Shown here: positions 1-13,539 of the stretch, one piece after another
Numbering within the stretch: the first letter of the stretch is position 1
How the letters are laid out: each line of letters starts with the position of its first letter
The notes under the pieces: model-generated
What the model was told of the DNA's origin: nothing
Databases searched by the model: none
Seen by the model: only the letters and a program-made list of their open reading frames with translations
Source: Paraspadella gotoi
Lineage: Eukaryota; Animalia; Chaetognatha
NCBI GenBank assembly: GCA_051294375.1
Contig: CM119268.1
Location: forward strand, 7,464,632 to 7,528,631
Direction: 5' to 3'
Length of the DNA stretch: 64,000 nucleotides
Program-made: the position numbers and the translations under genes

Positions 1-112
1 ATACAAAAAAGCGTGATGGACGACGACGACGACAACGACGAGGACGACGTCACAAAGAAGCAACCCTAAAACATTATAGAGCCTGACCCGGCTTCGCCGG
101 TCAAGGCTCGAT

Positions 113-430
113 AAAAAGAGGAACCAAAGGCGTTGTCAGCCTCTTTGCAATGAGATGCCAAAAATATTCCTTTCCAGAAAGTGACTTTTTTTTGGGTGGA
201 CATTAAGGAACGGGGAGAAAAGAGTCAAATGTTAAAACAAAAAAATTTTAAAAAAACAAAAAAAGTGATGCGACTCATGAGAAAAAGTTAAAATTCTCAG
301 AAAAAACACTTCACCGTAAAAATAGACAAAACAAACACATAAAATTCTTTATCCTTTTTCTGCCTGTTTATCTTTTTACATTTTTTTTCCAACAAAAACT
401 TTTCGATCCACTCTTTAAGTTCTCTCTCTT
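113..430 (+). repeat. Dispersed repeat, with a second diverged copy inverted at ~9150-9480
   Basis: The segment aaagaggaacc...cctctttgcaa...aaaatattcctttccagaaa...ggtggacattaaggaacggg...gagtcaaatgt...gtgatgcgactca matches the reverse complement of 9150-9480. A GC-rich hairpin (gagcctgacccgg cttcg ccggtcaaggctc, 79-109) sits at its left end. Confidence 0.75.
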
Positions 431-725
431 CAGTATTTTTTGTTTCCTTCTTTTTTTTTTTCTAATTTCTTTCTTTTTTTTCTGAGAGAGAGTCGAAACA
501 TGTCTTGTTTTAATAAAAAATCATGTTGCTAAACTAATGAAATTTTCGTTTATTCTCCCTACTATTTTCTTATAATTGCCATGAGCTTTCCGCAGACTTC
601 ATCATAAAAAAAACATTTTTTCTCAGAAACTTTTCACTCATACATCTTTCTTTTAGCAAATCGGAGTTTTGTAGGCCAACTCTTTTTTTTTCTGTCTTTT
701 TTTTTTATTTTTCTAAACGACGAAG

Positions 726-3700
726 ATGGGGAAGTTCCTTATCGTGATTTTGTTGATGTCCCTCGTGATGGGCGCTTGCGGAGGTAAGGGCTTTAAGGAT
801 GTGGTGAAAACAATCCCTGTCACACTTATAGTTACGCTGAGCACATTAACTTGTTGATTCAGAATCAGTGAATCGCTTGAGGCGAGAAGATGTTTCCGGA
901 AAAAAGGTAAGTTAGGGTGGGTAAAGATTAGCTTCCATTTTACCATTTACATTCTTATCAGTATGTCATAAATGTGAAATATTTTTTAATAAGAAGTCAT
1001 TATGTGTATTAGACCTTGCCATATATGAAAAGTTTTTTTCTGACAGAAATAAACGAGTATGTGGTAAAGGTGCCCTATACTATTATGGAATTTTTTGAAC
1101 ATTTTTTAAAAAAAAATTTACAGTAAAATGCTGCCACTTTGAAAAAAATTGAAAAAAAATGGGTAAAATGGATTTTTTGCTAAATATCTTTTAAAAGCTT
1201 ATTGCTAGAGGGACGAACCAAACACTTATCTGAGAGTGGAAAAATTGACTATGTTACATACCTCTTGCATTATATTAAGTTGTTTTTACTAAGGGAATTT
1301 TTTAAAACCTATTTTTTTGTCATTTTTGATAAATTTTTTTAAAAATGATATTTTTAACAATGTTCGTGAAATATTTTGTAAAAAAATTATGGCGAATTGA
1401 ATAAAGAAATAAGCTTTGTTTTGCCTGAAATATTTTTAAAGGATTATTGGTTAAAAGAGTTATAATTTTTTTAAATTAAAAAAAAATCACTTTTTAATTA
1501 ATTATTTCTATTTAATAGGTTTGCAAACTAAGTAAAGGGAAAAAGGGAATGCACTTTTTTCAGAGTAAATAAAAAATAGTATTCTGATTTGACAATGGGT
1601 ACTTAATATTTTGTCTCAGCAGGTCATTAAAGTTTTTTTTAAATTTTTATCATTTTATAATGGAATTATGACTTTTAAATAGTAGTTTTTTTTAAATATA
1701 TTTCTTAATAAAATAATTATTAAGAAAAGTGATTTTTTTTAAATTTAAAAAAATTATAACTTTTTAACCGATAATCCTTTTTTAAAAATTCTTTCAGCAA
1801 AACAAAGGCAATTGTTTCTTTATTCAATTCGCCATAATTTTTTTTACAAAATATTTCACGAACATTGTTAAAAATATCATTTTAAAAAAGATTTATCAAA
1901 AATTGACCAAAACAATAGGTTTTAAAAAAAATTTTCCTTAGTAAAAAACTAACTTAATTTATAATGCGTGGTATGTAACATAGTCAATTTTTTCCACTCT
2001 ACAAGACAGTTTGGGTTTCGTCCCTCTAGCAATAAAGCTTTTAAAGATATTTAGCAAAAAGTCCATTTTTTACCATTTTTTTTCATTTTTTTCAAAGTTG
2101 GCAGCATTTACTGTAAATTTTTTTTTGAAAAAAAATGTTCAAAAAATTCATATGATGTATGGGCCTTTTACACAATACTCGTTTTTTGATTTCAAAACTT
2201 TTCATATATGGCAAGGTCTAATGTGTATATCCTTTCTTTTTTATTGTGTTTGTAGATTAAAGAGTCAGTTTGAGTATTTTTAAAACAACAATTTAATTTG
2301 ATAATAGACAAACATGTTTTGGCTCAAATTCGAGAAATCAATAAATAAGAGAAAAACTGATCAACTTAAAACACAATTTCTATGGTTTTTATCATCCTTT
2401 AGTTGGATGAAACCGAGGCTCTGAACGACAACAAGTCCATGAAAGAAAAAAGATTATCCAAAGAAAATTCGCCTTTGAAAGAAATTGCCTCAAAGAAATT
2501 GTCTAACAGTAAGTAAAGTTTTTTAAATATAGGGACTTGCAAATACAAAATTCGACAACAAAATTGTTTAACATGAATGAACTCAGCAATATAATACATA
2601 TCAATTTTTTTTTAGTGAAAAAGCAAAATGACGCAGATACAGAAATGTGTGATGAAAAAATGCGTAAGATATCATTAGCTATTTTTTGTATTCATTTATT
2701 TATTTTTACCTATATATTTATTTAATATCATGGCCATGTATCTTTTTTTCCAGTTGAAAACCACCATCACAAGACCTATATCACTTTTTTCTCAAATACT
2801 TTTGATTCATGTGGATCAAAGATTTTTAATGAGAGCAATACATGGCAGAAGTACAAAACCGGATTCAGCTTTGGTAAGGATTAAATTTTAAATTATTAAA
2901 AAAATTCTCCACTTTTTCATGCTCTGTAGTAGAAACTATTATATGTTAAAATGTTTTAGTCATTTTTCGCAGCTTTAACCTAAAAATATATAAACATATT
3001 TTCAAAAGTTTTTCATTTTTTTCTGGCGAATCAAACTGTTTCTAAAATTGAAAAAAATATGACTTTAAAAATTTTAATGATTTAATAGGATATTACTATA
3101 AAAAATATTCAACTTATGATACTTAACAAAGTTTGGAAATGTTTTCGTCAACGATTTTTTATTAGTATAAGGACATGTTTCGACTCTTCATTTCGAGTCT
3201 TCATCAGCAGTAATGATGCATTAACAAATTTGTGTAAAAGAAGGGAGAGAGAGAGAGAGAGAGAGAGTGAGAGAGAAGAGAGAGAGAGAGAAGAGGGCAA
3301 AAGTTTCCAACACAGAGATAGTTGTTAAAGAATGAGTACAGTTTGAGTTGAGGACAGATCAGTTGTGAAAAGAAGTGAAATGGTCAATTGGTGAAAGAGA
3401 GAGAGAGAGAGACAGAAGGAGAGAGGGAGAGAGAGAGAGAGAGAGAGAGAAAAACGGGAGAGACAAAATAATACATTATGTAATGTACAACAAAGAATAA
3501 ATTTAAACTAATGGTGAATTTAACAATTATTCTAGTAATAAAGATAGTAATGAAAGGAAGAAAGTTTTTAAATGTGAAATGATACATTTTGTGAGGGATA
3601 GATAAGTGAATGTTAAAGTGAAAAAATTAAGAATTAAGATAGAGCTCAAAAATGAGCTGGCCCCCCTTGGTTTATGCAAATGAAAGGCTTTAACGATGAA

Positions 3701-5117
3701 GCCGGGTCATTGACGCGTCATTGGTTGAGATGACAATTCTGTTGAGTTCATTGCCGTTGCATTAGGTAGGCTTCCTTGCGGGAAGAGACCAAGTTGCGAC
3801 TCGAATGTCTCTCTGGCCTGGTACGCCTGCCGACTGCCCCTTCTCGCCTGCTGGCGAGGCGGGCGGTTGTCGTTCTTGCCGCTTTTGCAACAGGAGTGGT
3901 GGACTCCTCTCCCTCCTCCTGTAGCCGTCGTTTTGGGCGGCGCTCATTCCCACAGAGAGAGGGAATGAGTTGCTACAATCAAGGAGAGGCATCGTTTGCC
4001 CATTGCCTGCGCAAGGGTCTCCGCCTGTCTCGTTGAGGGAGACAGGGGAATCATTGTGCGGTGTGGTGGTGGCGGGCGCTCCACCACGCTTTTGATAAGC
4101 GAATCATAGCTTGGAGGGAGGTCGAATCGTCCTCCATAACGATTCAAAGAAGGTTCGAGGGCTTTGATGTAAATAGCCTCTCTAAATCTATCTGTGAACC
4201 AGTTTGGGTCATGGGACAGCACGAGACAGTTCGACTCTCTAAATGCATGGCCAGTTTCGCTTTTTTTCTGGCGAATCCAAAACTGTTCTTAAAATTGAAA
4301 AAAATATGACTTTAAAATTTTATGATTTTATAAGGATATTACTATAAATATTCAACTTAGAACTGTAATACAAATTTTTTTTGGAAAAAGGGCTTAATTA
4401 TTTTTTTACATATACAAAAGCAGCAAAAAAATATTTGTTCCATTGATAAATCTTTTCATCACTCCACTCTATTGGATATGCTATGTTTAAAATAGTTTGA
4501 AGTAAGAATGAGAAAGTATTTAACTACCAATAAATATTTTTTCTCTTAAGAGGGAAATATGTGGCTTGGATTGGACACACTACACAGCCTGACCAAAACA
4601 GGAAAATGGAATTTGCTTATAAAGGTGAAATGGTGGAAAAAGGGAAAGTGGGGGAATCACGACAGTGAAGATGATCCGAAGAAAGGGGAGTGGGGACGCG
4701 CCGCTTATTGTAACTTTAAGGTAAGTGATTCAAAAACATCACGATTGTCAAATGATAAATAAATTTCTCTTTCTCTCCCCGTCCTCCCCCTTAATCGCAT
4801 TCAAGGTCAAAGATGAAGCGAGCAACTACCAATGGACTTTCTCCCATTCTGTTGTTGTCGATAATCTCCACTCAAAATGCGGAATCCTTGGTTACGAAAA
4901 CAACATGATGTTCACGACGGCGGATCGAGACAATGATAAAGACCCCCAACGAAATTGCGCTCAAGTGCTGGGAGGTGGATATTGGTTCAACGATTGCGGT
5001 CTCTCGGAAGTCTATCGTCACTATGGCATCACGGAGGGTGGTTGGGAAGACAACAGTTGTTACAATGCGAATTGGTTCACTCCTTCAAGGATTATCATGG
5101 CAATCTTTCATGATTGA
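726..5117 (+). CDS. Secreted fibrinogen-related domain (FReD/FBG) protein, 7 exons, ~285 aa
   Basis: Exons 726-783, 863-906, 2403-2508, 2616-2663, 2754-2873, 4551-4720 and 4806-5117 are all GT-AG and phase-compatible. Signal peptide MGKFLIVILLMSLVMGACG. FBG motifs WQKYKTGFS, EGNMWLGLDTLHSLT and MMFTTADRDND...NCAQVLGGGYWFNDC. AATAAA at ~5168. Confidence 0.9.
1010..2220. mobile_element. Non-autonomous hAT-type MITE/foldback in FReD intron 2
   Basis: Termini TAGACCTTGCCATATATGAAAAG...CTTTTCATATATGGCAAGGTCTA, with inverted similarity extending ~500 bp inward. Perfect 8-bp TSD ATGTGTAT at 1002-1009 and 2221-2228. Confidence 0.88.
3117..4260 (-). mobile_element. 5'-truncated Penelope-like retroelement fragment (GIY-YIG C-terminus plus 3' region) in FReD intron 5
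   Basis: The minus-strand ORF 3944-4222 reads NWFTDRFREAIYIKALEPSLNRYGG, resembling the C-terminus of PLE GIY-YIG endonucleases. A hammerhead-like motif lies downstream on the same strand. Flanked by ~100-bp imperfect direct repeats (3017-3116 and 4262-4359). Confidence 0.75.
3168..3212 (-). ncRNA. Minimal type I hammerhead ribozyme-like motif of the Penelope fragment
   Basis: The minus strand reads CTGATGA-aGACTC-gaaatgaa-GAGTC-GAAAC-at-GTC: both conserved core boxes, stem II GACTC/GAGTC, short palindromic stem III and a GUC cleavage triplet. Stem I pairing is weak. Confidence 0.65.
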
Positions 5118-7500
5118 ATTTATCAATACAGATTGTAAGAAATTCTGAAATCTCATCTTCAACAAAAATAAAATCTAATTGAAACTTTTTCTTGTGAAAT
5201 ATTTTTTAGAGATTTATTTTGGATAGTTTGTTTTTCATACCATCAAGCTTCAACCAAAATTAATTGCTCCCGCCTTTTTTGACTAATATGTGGATAAGAC
5301 GCTAAGTGGGCTGAAAACTACTATCCGTATCTTCTGTGCCCCCTCAGCTGGGCGTTTTAACCGATGAACTGATTAAAAATAATTTTAACTGATCGATTAA
5401 TTTCGTTAAATTAACTGGTTAATTTTGAAATTTACTAATTTGAACTTTTGTTTGCTTTAATAGGTGATTTTTTATTTTTAATAAGAAAATTTTCTTTTCA
5501 TGTGCTGTCATGTAGCAGACATCGTTAGCTTTCATATGATACCTCACATGATGCATTAAAATTATTTTATGATAGCATTATGACATAAAAAAAATTGTGA
5601 TAATTTTTTTCTACCAGGCCTCATAGACACAGCTAAATCTTAAAATTTAAAAATCTGATAATACAGTCTTTTAGCCCTATGTCAGTAGTTTTTAAATCAG
5701 GGGGAACAAAGTTTTAACTCCTAAATTATCATATTTAAATCATATGTTTTTTAAGGTTCCTACATGAATTTTTTAAATTTTTTTGTTTTCATTGTTTTTT
5801 CATTGTTTTCATTATCCTTAGTAATTATATAAACATTTGAGGTATAGAAAATTTTTGTTTATATCAGAAACATAATTCAATCTTTTCTCTTTCAGAATCT
5901 ATATTTATTTATTTTTTTAAATGTGGCCAAGTGTGTTTAAATTAATTTCAAAAGTTGTTATACTTTTGACTAAGATTCCGATCAGGATTTTTAAAAAAAT
6001 TCTTTGAAACATTTTTAAAAAATTATATGGAAAAGATGCCCCATAATTATGGCTTTAATATGATACCCGTCTCATCGTTCTATCATTTTTGGTTCAAAAG
6101 ATATCAAAGAAAATCAATTTTTTATTACTAATTGACTCGGCCGAAGCTAATAAGTTAAGTGGAACCAAACCAAACAACTTGCTTTCAAGGCATTTCTGAA
6201 AATCAGAGGAGCGCGAGTTTGATTTATTCGAGAGGAAGAACCAGAAGAGAGGAGACGAAAACTAGGAGGAAGCAAAAGAGGAAGAGGAGGAAAGAAAAGG
6301 GAGGATGAGGGGAAAGAAAGGAGAGGGAGGGAGATGAAACGGATTGGTCAGAAGAAAAGAAGAAAAAAGGAGGAAGGCGGAATCAAAAGTGAAGTGCTCA
6401 GTCATTTTTATCTGCCAAGGACGGTTTTTGGTGCCTTAGAAAGATAGATGGGCCCGGAAAAAATCAAGGAAAGAAAAAAAGAATGAAATAAAAAATAAAA
6501 AAGAAAGAAAGAAAGAAAGAAAGAAAAAGAAAGAAAGAAAGAAAGAAAAAAGAAAGAAAGAAAGAAAAAATAAAATAAATAAATAAAAATAAAAATAAAA
6601 AAGAAAAAAGAAAGAAAGAAAGAAGAAAGAAAGAAAAAAGAAAGAAAGGGAGGAAGGAAGGAAGGAAGGAAGGAAGGGAGGGGGGAAAAAGGATTTATTT
6701 AACCTTTTTAACAAAATTCAACATAATTGCGCCCGAACATTTGAATAATTATTGTTACGCCGGTCATGACTAGACACGACCGTGGCCGTGGGACTCGCCG
6801 ACGAGTTAATATCTGGGTTCTGCCTCGCCCGTTTCCCGCGAAGATTCGATTCGTATGTGAAGACATCGCGATTATTTTTATTGTTTAAACGTCTCGCGCG
6901 AGAGAAACTTATGCCTTTTGAAGACCCTCGGCGTTCAACGCTTTTAACTGCGTTGGGGTTTTTTATAATTGTTTTAAAGTCACGATTTTACTTTTTAAAC
7001 TCGAAATTAAATAATTAATTTCACGCCGTTTTTAATTGTAAACAAATATTTTTATCTCTTCCTCGTCGCCAATTGTTGTTGACAAATAAAACTTACCAAC
7101 CTGTTCAAAAATCTGAGCGCCATTTTAAGTAAAGACGAAAGTCAGCAAATAAAAAGTAAAACGACTTCTCAAGAGGCACAAACAATTATAATCCTCGTGA
7201 ATCTAGAAAAAACCTTTATTTTCAGTGAGTCTTTTTGTTCTCAACGACAATAACAATGACAACAACAACGACGACAACAACGACAATTTTCCCCTTCGAT
7301 TTTAAGTTTTTTTTCTATTCCCAAGAAAATTCGTCAGAAGAATTTACAAGTAATGATGTGAAGTAATTATGATATCAAGTAATGATATGAAAACGTTCTG
7401 GCGAAATTGTATGACATTTGATTTACTTTTATGAATGTACAGTAGCAAAAATATTACAAAATAATCTAATGCTAAATCATTGTATTTTTTTTTTTTTTTT

Positions 7501-8765
7501 CAGTAGACCGTGATCACTTTTTGATCACGAAATATTTTAGAGTTCGGGTTAAGATGTCTTTTAAAAGATCCATTGGACTCTGCTGTAACAAACCTGAAGA
7601 AGCATTATCTTCAGAATTTTCATAATGGTCTTATTTTCTTTTTGATTTTCGGTCCCTTAATTAGATTTATTAAGGCCATTAACCGATTTTTTTTTGGCAC
7701 CCTCAGCTTGAAAAATTCTCCCGACTGCTCGCGATGATTTTCTGGCTAGCTATCTGTCCGTCACTGTTTTGTCACAGTAATAAAAAAATTATCATATATT
7801 ATATTAATTATTAATTATTAATAATATTATTTTATTATTATATAAGACCAAACCCACTTTAAAAGAAATATTATGTCTCAACCAGTGTCGTTTTGTTTTT
7901 CATTTCATGTTACAGCGACATCTGAGTACTTACATTACCAAAAAACAAAATCGACACCTCTTCTTTTCAATACCTCACTTGAATAGAGAGAGAGAGAGAA
8001 AGAATTGAAAATTGAATTGAAATATAATTGTGAGCTGTAGCGTCGTTTCACAAACGCCTTTAAAGCCTACTATTTCTAAGAGAATTTCTGATAACTACAT
8101 CAATAAAAAATCGTCTTCTTAATCATTTCAATATACAGTTTTGGTTGAACTCTAACTGACAATTAGAAGTTGTTCTAACTGACAATTGAGAAGTGTCTAA
8201 CTGAAATTGAACAGTTGTTTTTAATTTGATACCGATCCCATCCCAACAAATATTCTATTGGCGATATATTAGTAAAAATTGTTATTAGAAATGCGTTCAA
8301 TAATTCCATCAAACAGAAATGTTACGAATTACGAGTTACGCTTTGCTATGCTGAAAAATTTTTGACATAATCAGACAAGGAAATCATGCTGGCCGCATCT
8401 AAAGCTATTTTTGTCTATGTAAATTGGTTATTTGTGAAATATTTTTATAGCACGTAGCTGCAAATTGTCAAACTTTTCCCAGTGATAGCTACCTGCACAA
8501 ATAAAACAAGGTGATGATACAGAAAAAGAGAAACAATTAAAGATGAAAAAAGTGATGAACCAATTTAAGATGTCTCCAGAAACATAACGAGATAGTCTAT
8601 TTATGGCTAATATTTTGTTTTTGCTTTAGAAAAAAGTTCGTTTTAAATGTCTATTGTACAACCAAGTGTATATTTTTTCTCCAAATAAATACAATTCTAC
8701 ATTATATGTAAAAAGAGAAGGGCATCTAGTGATTAGTATACTTTTGATTTGGCGGGACAGAGACC

Positions 8766-8830
<65 letters not shown>

Positions 8831-10924
8831 TAAATTTCAAATAAAGAGTTTTTAAGACCTCCTTTTTTATTTAGGCGCGTTAATGAAAATAATTATAACA
8901 ATTAGAATAAACTAAACACAGACTAGTAAAAAAAAAAGAAAGGATATGAATCGACCTACCAAAAAATGTAAAAAAGAAAGAAATAAGACGGCGTAAAAGG
9001 AAGCCGATCAAATAGGGCGGAAGGTCGCCGCGACCCAATTGGCAACGATTTATCAAATTCGCAAGTTGGGGAAAAAAAAAAAAAATATTAAAAAAGAAAA
9101 AAAAGAGGAAAGAAATTAGAAAAAAAGAAAGGAAACAAAAATACTGAGAGAGAGAAGAACTTAAAAGACGTGAGTCAAAGAAATGGATCGAGAGATTTTT
9201 TTTTTTTGAAGGGAAAAAAATGTGAAAAGGTAAACACCAGAAAAAAGATAAGGAATTTGACGTGTTTTGTTTGTCTATTTTTTCGGTGAACTTTTTTTGG
9301 GGGGATTTTTTACTTATTAACGTGAGTCGCATCACTTTTTTCGTTTTTTTAATTTTTTTGTTTTCACATTTGACTCTTTACTCACCCGTTCCTTAACGTC
9401 CACCAAAAAGGTTATTTTCTGGAAGGAAATATTTTTGGCTACTCGTTGCAAAGAGGCCAACAACGCTCGGTTCCTCTTTTTTATGTTTTTTTTTTTGTGA
9501 CATAAAATTTCTGTTTCAGTGCAAAATGNNNNNNNNNNNNNNNNNNNNNNNNNCTTGGTTGTACAATAGACATTTAAAACGAACTTTTTTCTAAAGCAAA
9601 AAACAAAATATTAGCCATAAATAGACTATCTCGTTATGTTTCTNNNNNNNNNNNNNNNNNNNNNNNNNNNNNNNNNNNNNNNNNNNNNNNNNNNNNNNNN
9701 NNNNNNNNNNNNNNNNNNNNNNNNNNNNNNNNNNNNNNNNNNNNNNNNNNNNNNNNNNNNNNNNNNNNNNNNNNNNNNNNNNNNNNNNNNNNNNNNNNNN
9801 NNNNNNNNNNNNNNNNNNNNNNNNNNNNNNNNNNNNNNNNNNNNNNNNNNNNNNNNNNNNNNNNNNNNNNNNNNNNNNNNNNNNNNNNNNGACAATTTGC
9901 AGCTACGTGCTATAAAAATATTTCACAAATAACCAATTTACATAGACAAACAAATAGCTTTAGATGCGGCCAGCATGATTTCCTTGTCTGATTATGTCAA
10001 AAAATTTCACTCCATGGACTAAAAGCGTAACAGATTTCGTAAGCAATTTCGTAACAATTCTCTGTTTTGATGGAATTATTGAACGCATTTCTAATAACAA
10101 TTTTTACTAATATATCGCCAATAGTATTTGTTGGGATTGATTCGGTATCAAATAAAAACACAACTGTCTCAATTGTCAGTTTATGGAAACAACTTGTCTC
10201 CCAATTGTTCAGTTAGAAACAACGTGTCTGATAATTGTCAGTTAGAGTCACCAAAACTGATATTTGATTGATTATCAAGAAAGGACGATTTTTTTATTGA
10301 TGTAGTTATCAGAAAATTGTCTGCGTGAGATAATAGGTAGCGGGTTTAAGGGCCGTTTGTGAAAACGCGCTACAAGGCTCACAGATTATTTAATTCGAAT
10401 TTCCAAACTTTTCATTCTTTCTCTCTCTCTCTCTATTCAAGTGAGGTATTGAAAAAGAAGAGGTATCGATTTTGTTTTTTGGTAATGTAGTGCTCAGATG
10501 TCGCTGTAAACCATGAAATGAAAAACAAAACGACACTGGTTGAGACATATTAATATTTCTTTAAAGTGGGTTTGGTCTTATAATAATAATATAATAATAT
10601 TATTAATAATTAATAATTAATAATAATATGATAATTTTTTTATTACTGTGACAAAACAGTGACGGACAGATAGCTAGCCAGAAAATCATCGCGAGCAGTC
10701 GGGAGAATTTTTCAAGCTGAGGGTGCCAAAAAAAAATCGGTTAATGGCCTTTAATAAATCTAATTAAGGGACCGAAAATCAAAAAGAAAATAAGACCATT
10801 ATGAAAATTCTGAGATAATGCTTCTTCAGGTTTGTTACAGCAGAGTCCAATGGATCTTTTAAAAGACATCTTTAACCCGAACTCTAAAAATATTTCGTGA
10901 TCAAAAAGTGATCACGGTCTACTG
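7501..10924. repeat. Large inverted repeat (arms ~1.2 kb): foldback element or assembly artefact
   Basis: 7501-~8665 is the reverse complement of ~9554-10924 (ends CAGTAGACCGTGATCAC...GTGATCACGGTCTACTG). The arms differ by many small indels and the right arm contains an N gap. No TSD seen. Confidence 0.8.
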
Positions 10925-11372
10925 ACCCAGTGGTAGGAAAACTTTGTTGCCTCAAATCAGAATTGCAATTGTTTATTTATCAGAAATTGTCCCTATTAAT
11001 ACAATAAAAACGTAAACAAGAGAAAAGATTTAATTTTTACAACGAATTATTTTCAATTGCAGACACGTTTCGAATAGATTTGATATTCATCTTCATTGAA
11101 AAAATAATTTGTGAAATTACAAGTTTTAGGCAATGTTAACATTAAGTTTGAGAGATAGAGAGAGACAGAGAGAGAGAGAGAGAAAGCGACAGAGAGAGTG
11201 AGAGAGAGTCATTGAAAAAAACCTTCAAAAAAAAACAACGAAACGAAAGGAAAATAACAAATAAAAAACCAATAATATTTGTGACTCTCATAATCAAATG
11301 TCAAAGGTCACAGTGACCGAAAAGTCGAAAGGAAATGAAGTTGTTTACTTCCGATGAGTCGAACACTTTTTT

Positions 11373-11420
<48 letters not shown>

Positions 11421-13031
11421 CAATCCGTTCGAACAAGCTCTTTCAAGACCTTCCAGATCTTATTTCTTTCTCCCGTCGTTTGTGTATCTACTTACCTTAT
11501 TTGGCTTCGTTTCTGGTCGCGTCTAGCTAATATGCAGATGAAGGGAACGGGTAGTTCAGTTTCTTTTTTCTTTGTCAACTTCTTTGTAGATGAAAGAAGC
11601 TAAACAAAAGGGAATCGAGAGAAAAATTACGTAATAACAAAAACTTATAATATTCCTTGTAAAAATTTGCTATAACAAAAAAAATTATTAAAAAAAATTG
11701 TACCTTGGCCAAGCGTTAATAAAAACATTTTAAGCTCAAAATTTAACCTAAGTTTAGCGAGGATATTTCAAGTAAAAATCCTTATCATTGGATTTGATAA
11801 AACCTCCATGTTTGTTCAAGGCGGTAAACACTGCCTTTTTTATATAGGCGGAATATAAATTAAAATGCATAACAGAGAGAAATATATGACAGAAAGAAAA
11901 TAAATAATCTGCTAAAGATAAAACATTAGAAAAAATTTCGAGCCGAAACTCATCTCAAACATATTTCGCGCCTTTTTCCCAAAATAGTCCGAAAAATATT
12001 TGCTTAAAAAGCAAAACTCACCTGCTCTCTTTCTCTCTCTCTCACTCTCTCCGTCTGTCTTTCTCTCTCTCTTTTTATCTTCCTTCAGAGCCTCACTCCT
12101 TTCTCTCAGGTCGTAGCGACATGTAAGCTATCTTGTTAAATTTTCAAAAATATTGTACTGTCTTTCTCTCTTAACCCTTCCTCTCTCCTCTTTCTTCGAG
12201 CCGGTCTATTCCACACGGTCACTTTGCCCTAGCTTTGGCAATGACCTTAGATTGACCGGAGGTAAGTCGCCTCGGTCGATAGAAATTTTTTTGGGGGGAG
12301 AGAGAAGTTTTACATTTTAATGGCTCGAGCCGATATAAATTAACACCAAAAAAAAAAACATCGTTTTTGTACTAAATTTAATAAATAAATAAAGTTATTT
12401 TTCTTCTCAGCTAACCTGATACGTTCATTTGTTTTTAATTAGTTAACGACAGAGGTCGACGCCGTCCGTATTACGCGGGGGAAAAAAAAAAATTTCGTTG
12501 AAAACAAAACAAAAGGAAAATCGGGAGAAAAAGGTTTAAGTTGTTCACCTCGCGACGAGCCTCGTTCTCCCCACCGGAGGTCAAAACAGATTGAGAATGA
12601 AAAAAAAGAGAGAACCGCGGCGGGATTCGAACCTGCGTTCGGGGGAGGAGGAGGAGGATGGGGAAAGGAGGAGGAGGAGGAGGAGGAAGTGAATAAGGAG
12701 ATGATGTTGAAGAAGCTCTTTGTAGCTTTTTTTTACAGTCAAGTCGAGAGTTGAGACTGCACTTATTTCTTCTCAAAATCAATTTTAATGTTTTCTCTCG
12801 TTTCTTTTTATCTCTGTGCTACTTTTCTCACATTGGCTAGAATAAAAAAAAAAAAATATTTAACTCTTGCTTTGAATCTGGACTAGAAATAACTCGTTTT
12901 TGGATGATGTTTATGATGATGATGTTGACGACTACGACGATGAAGACGACGACGATGATGATTGGGAGGAGGTTTTAAATCTTATATAACGTATATAGTA
13001 GCACGAGTTCGCCCCAAGAAATGGAACGATC

Positions 13032-13070
<39 letters not shown>

Positions 13071-13539
13071 CTGAGGGGAAAAAACATTTTTTGAGGGGGT
13101 GGATCTTATTTACTTATGCGATTTGGTCTTACAAAGGCGGCGTTTGTGTTCATGAGTTAAGAAATTGGAAAATTATAGAAGACGCGGGGAAAAAAGGGAT
13201 TAAGACCCGAAAAAAAGAATTTAGAAAAATATCCGTGTCAGACTTTATAAAAACAAAAAATTCGACGGCCCCTCGATCGCCTAATGCTTTCCATCTGATC
13301 CATAAATTATTCGCGAAAAAAACAACAATTTACAACATTGTACTCTGTACAGCAGGGGCGAACGAATGAGAGATGATACTTTTAGGCGGGTCCGTTTAAA
13401 AAAGAAATCAGTGAAATTTGGGATCAGAATATATGTTCGTATAAAAGTGTACTTACGACTGTTTTATTTCAAAATATTTGTTTTAAATAGTTTTTTTTTT
13501 TGTTTAGATTCGATGATTGTTGATTGGGTGAGTATGTAG

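Noticed and set aside
79-109. Hairpin as a Helitron 3' terminus or a rho-independent terminator
   Set aside because: No canonical CTAG end or T-run in the right place, and the context is eukaryotic. Kept only as part of the dispersed repeat.
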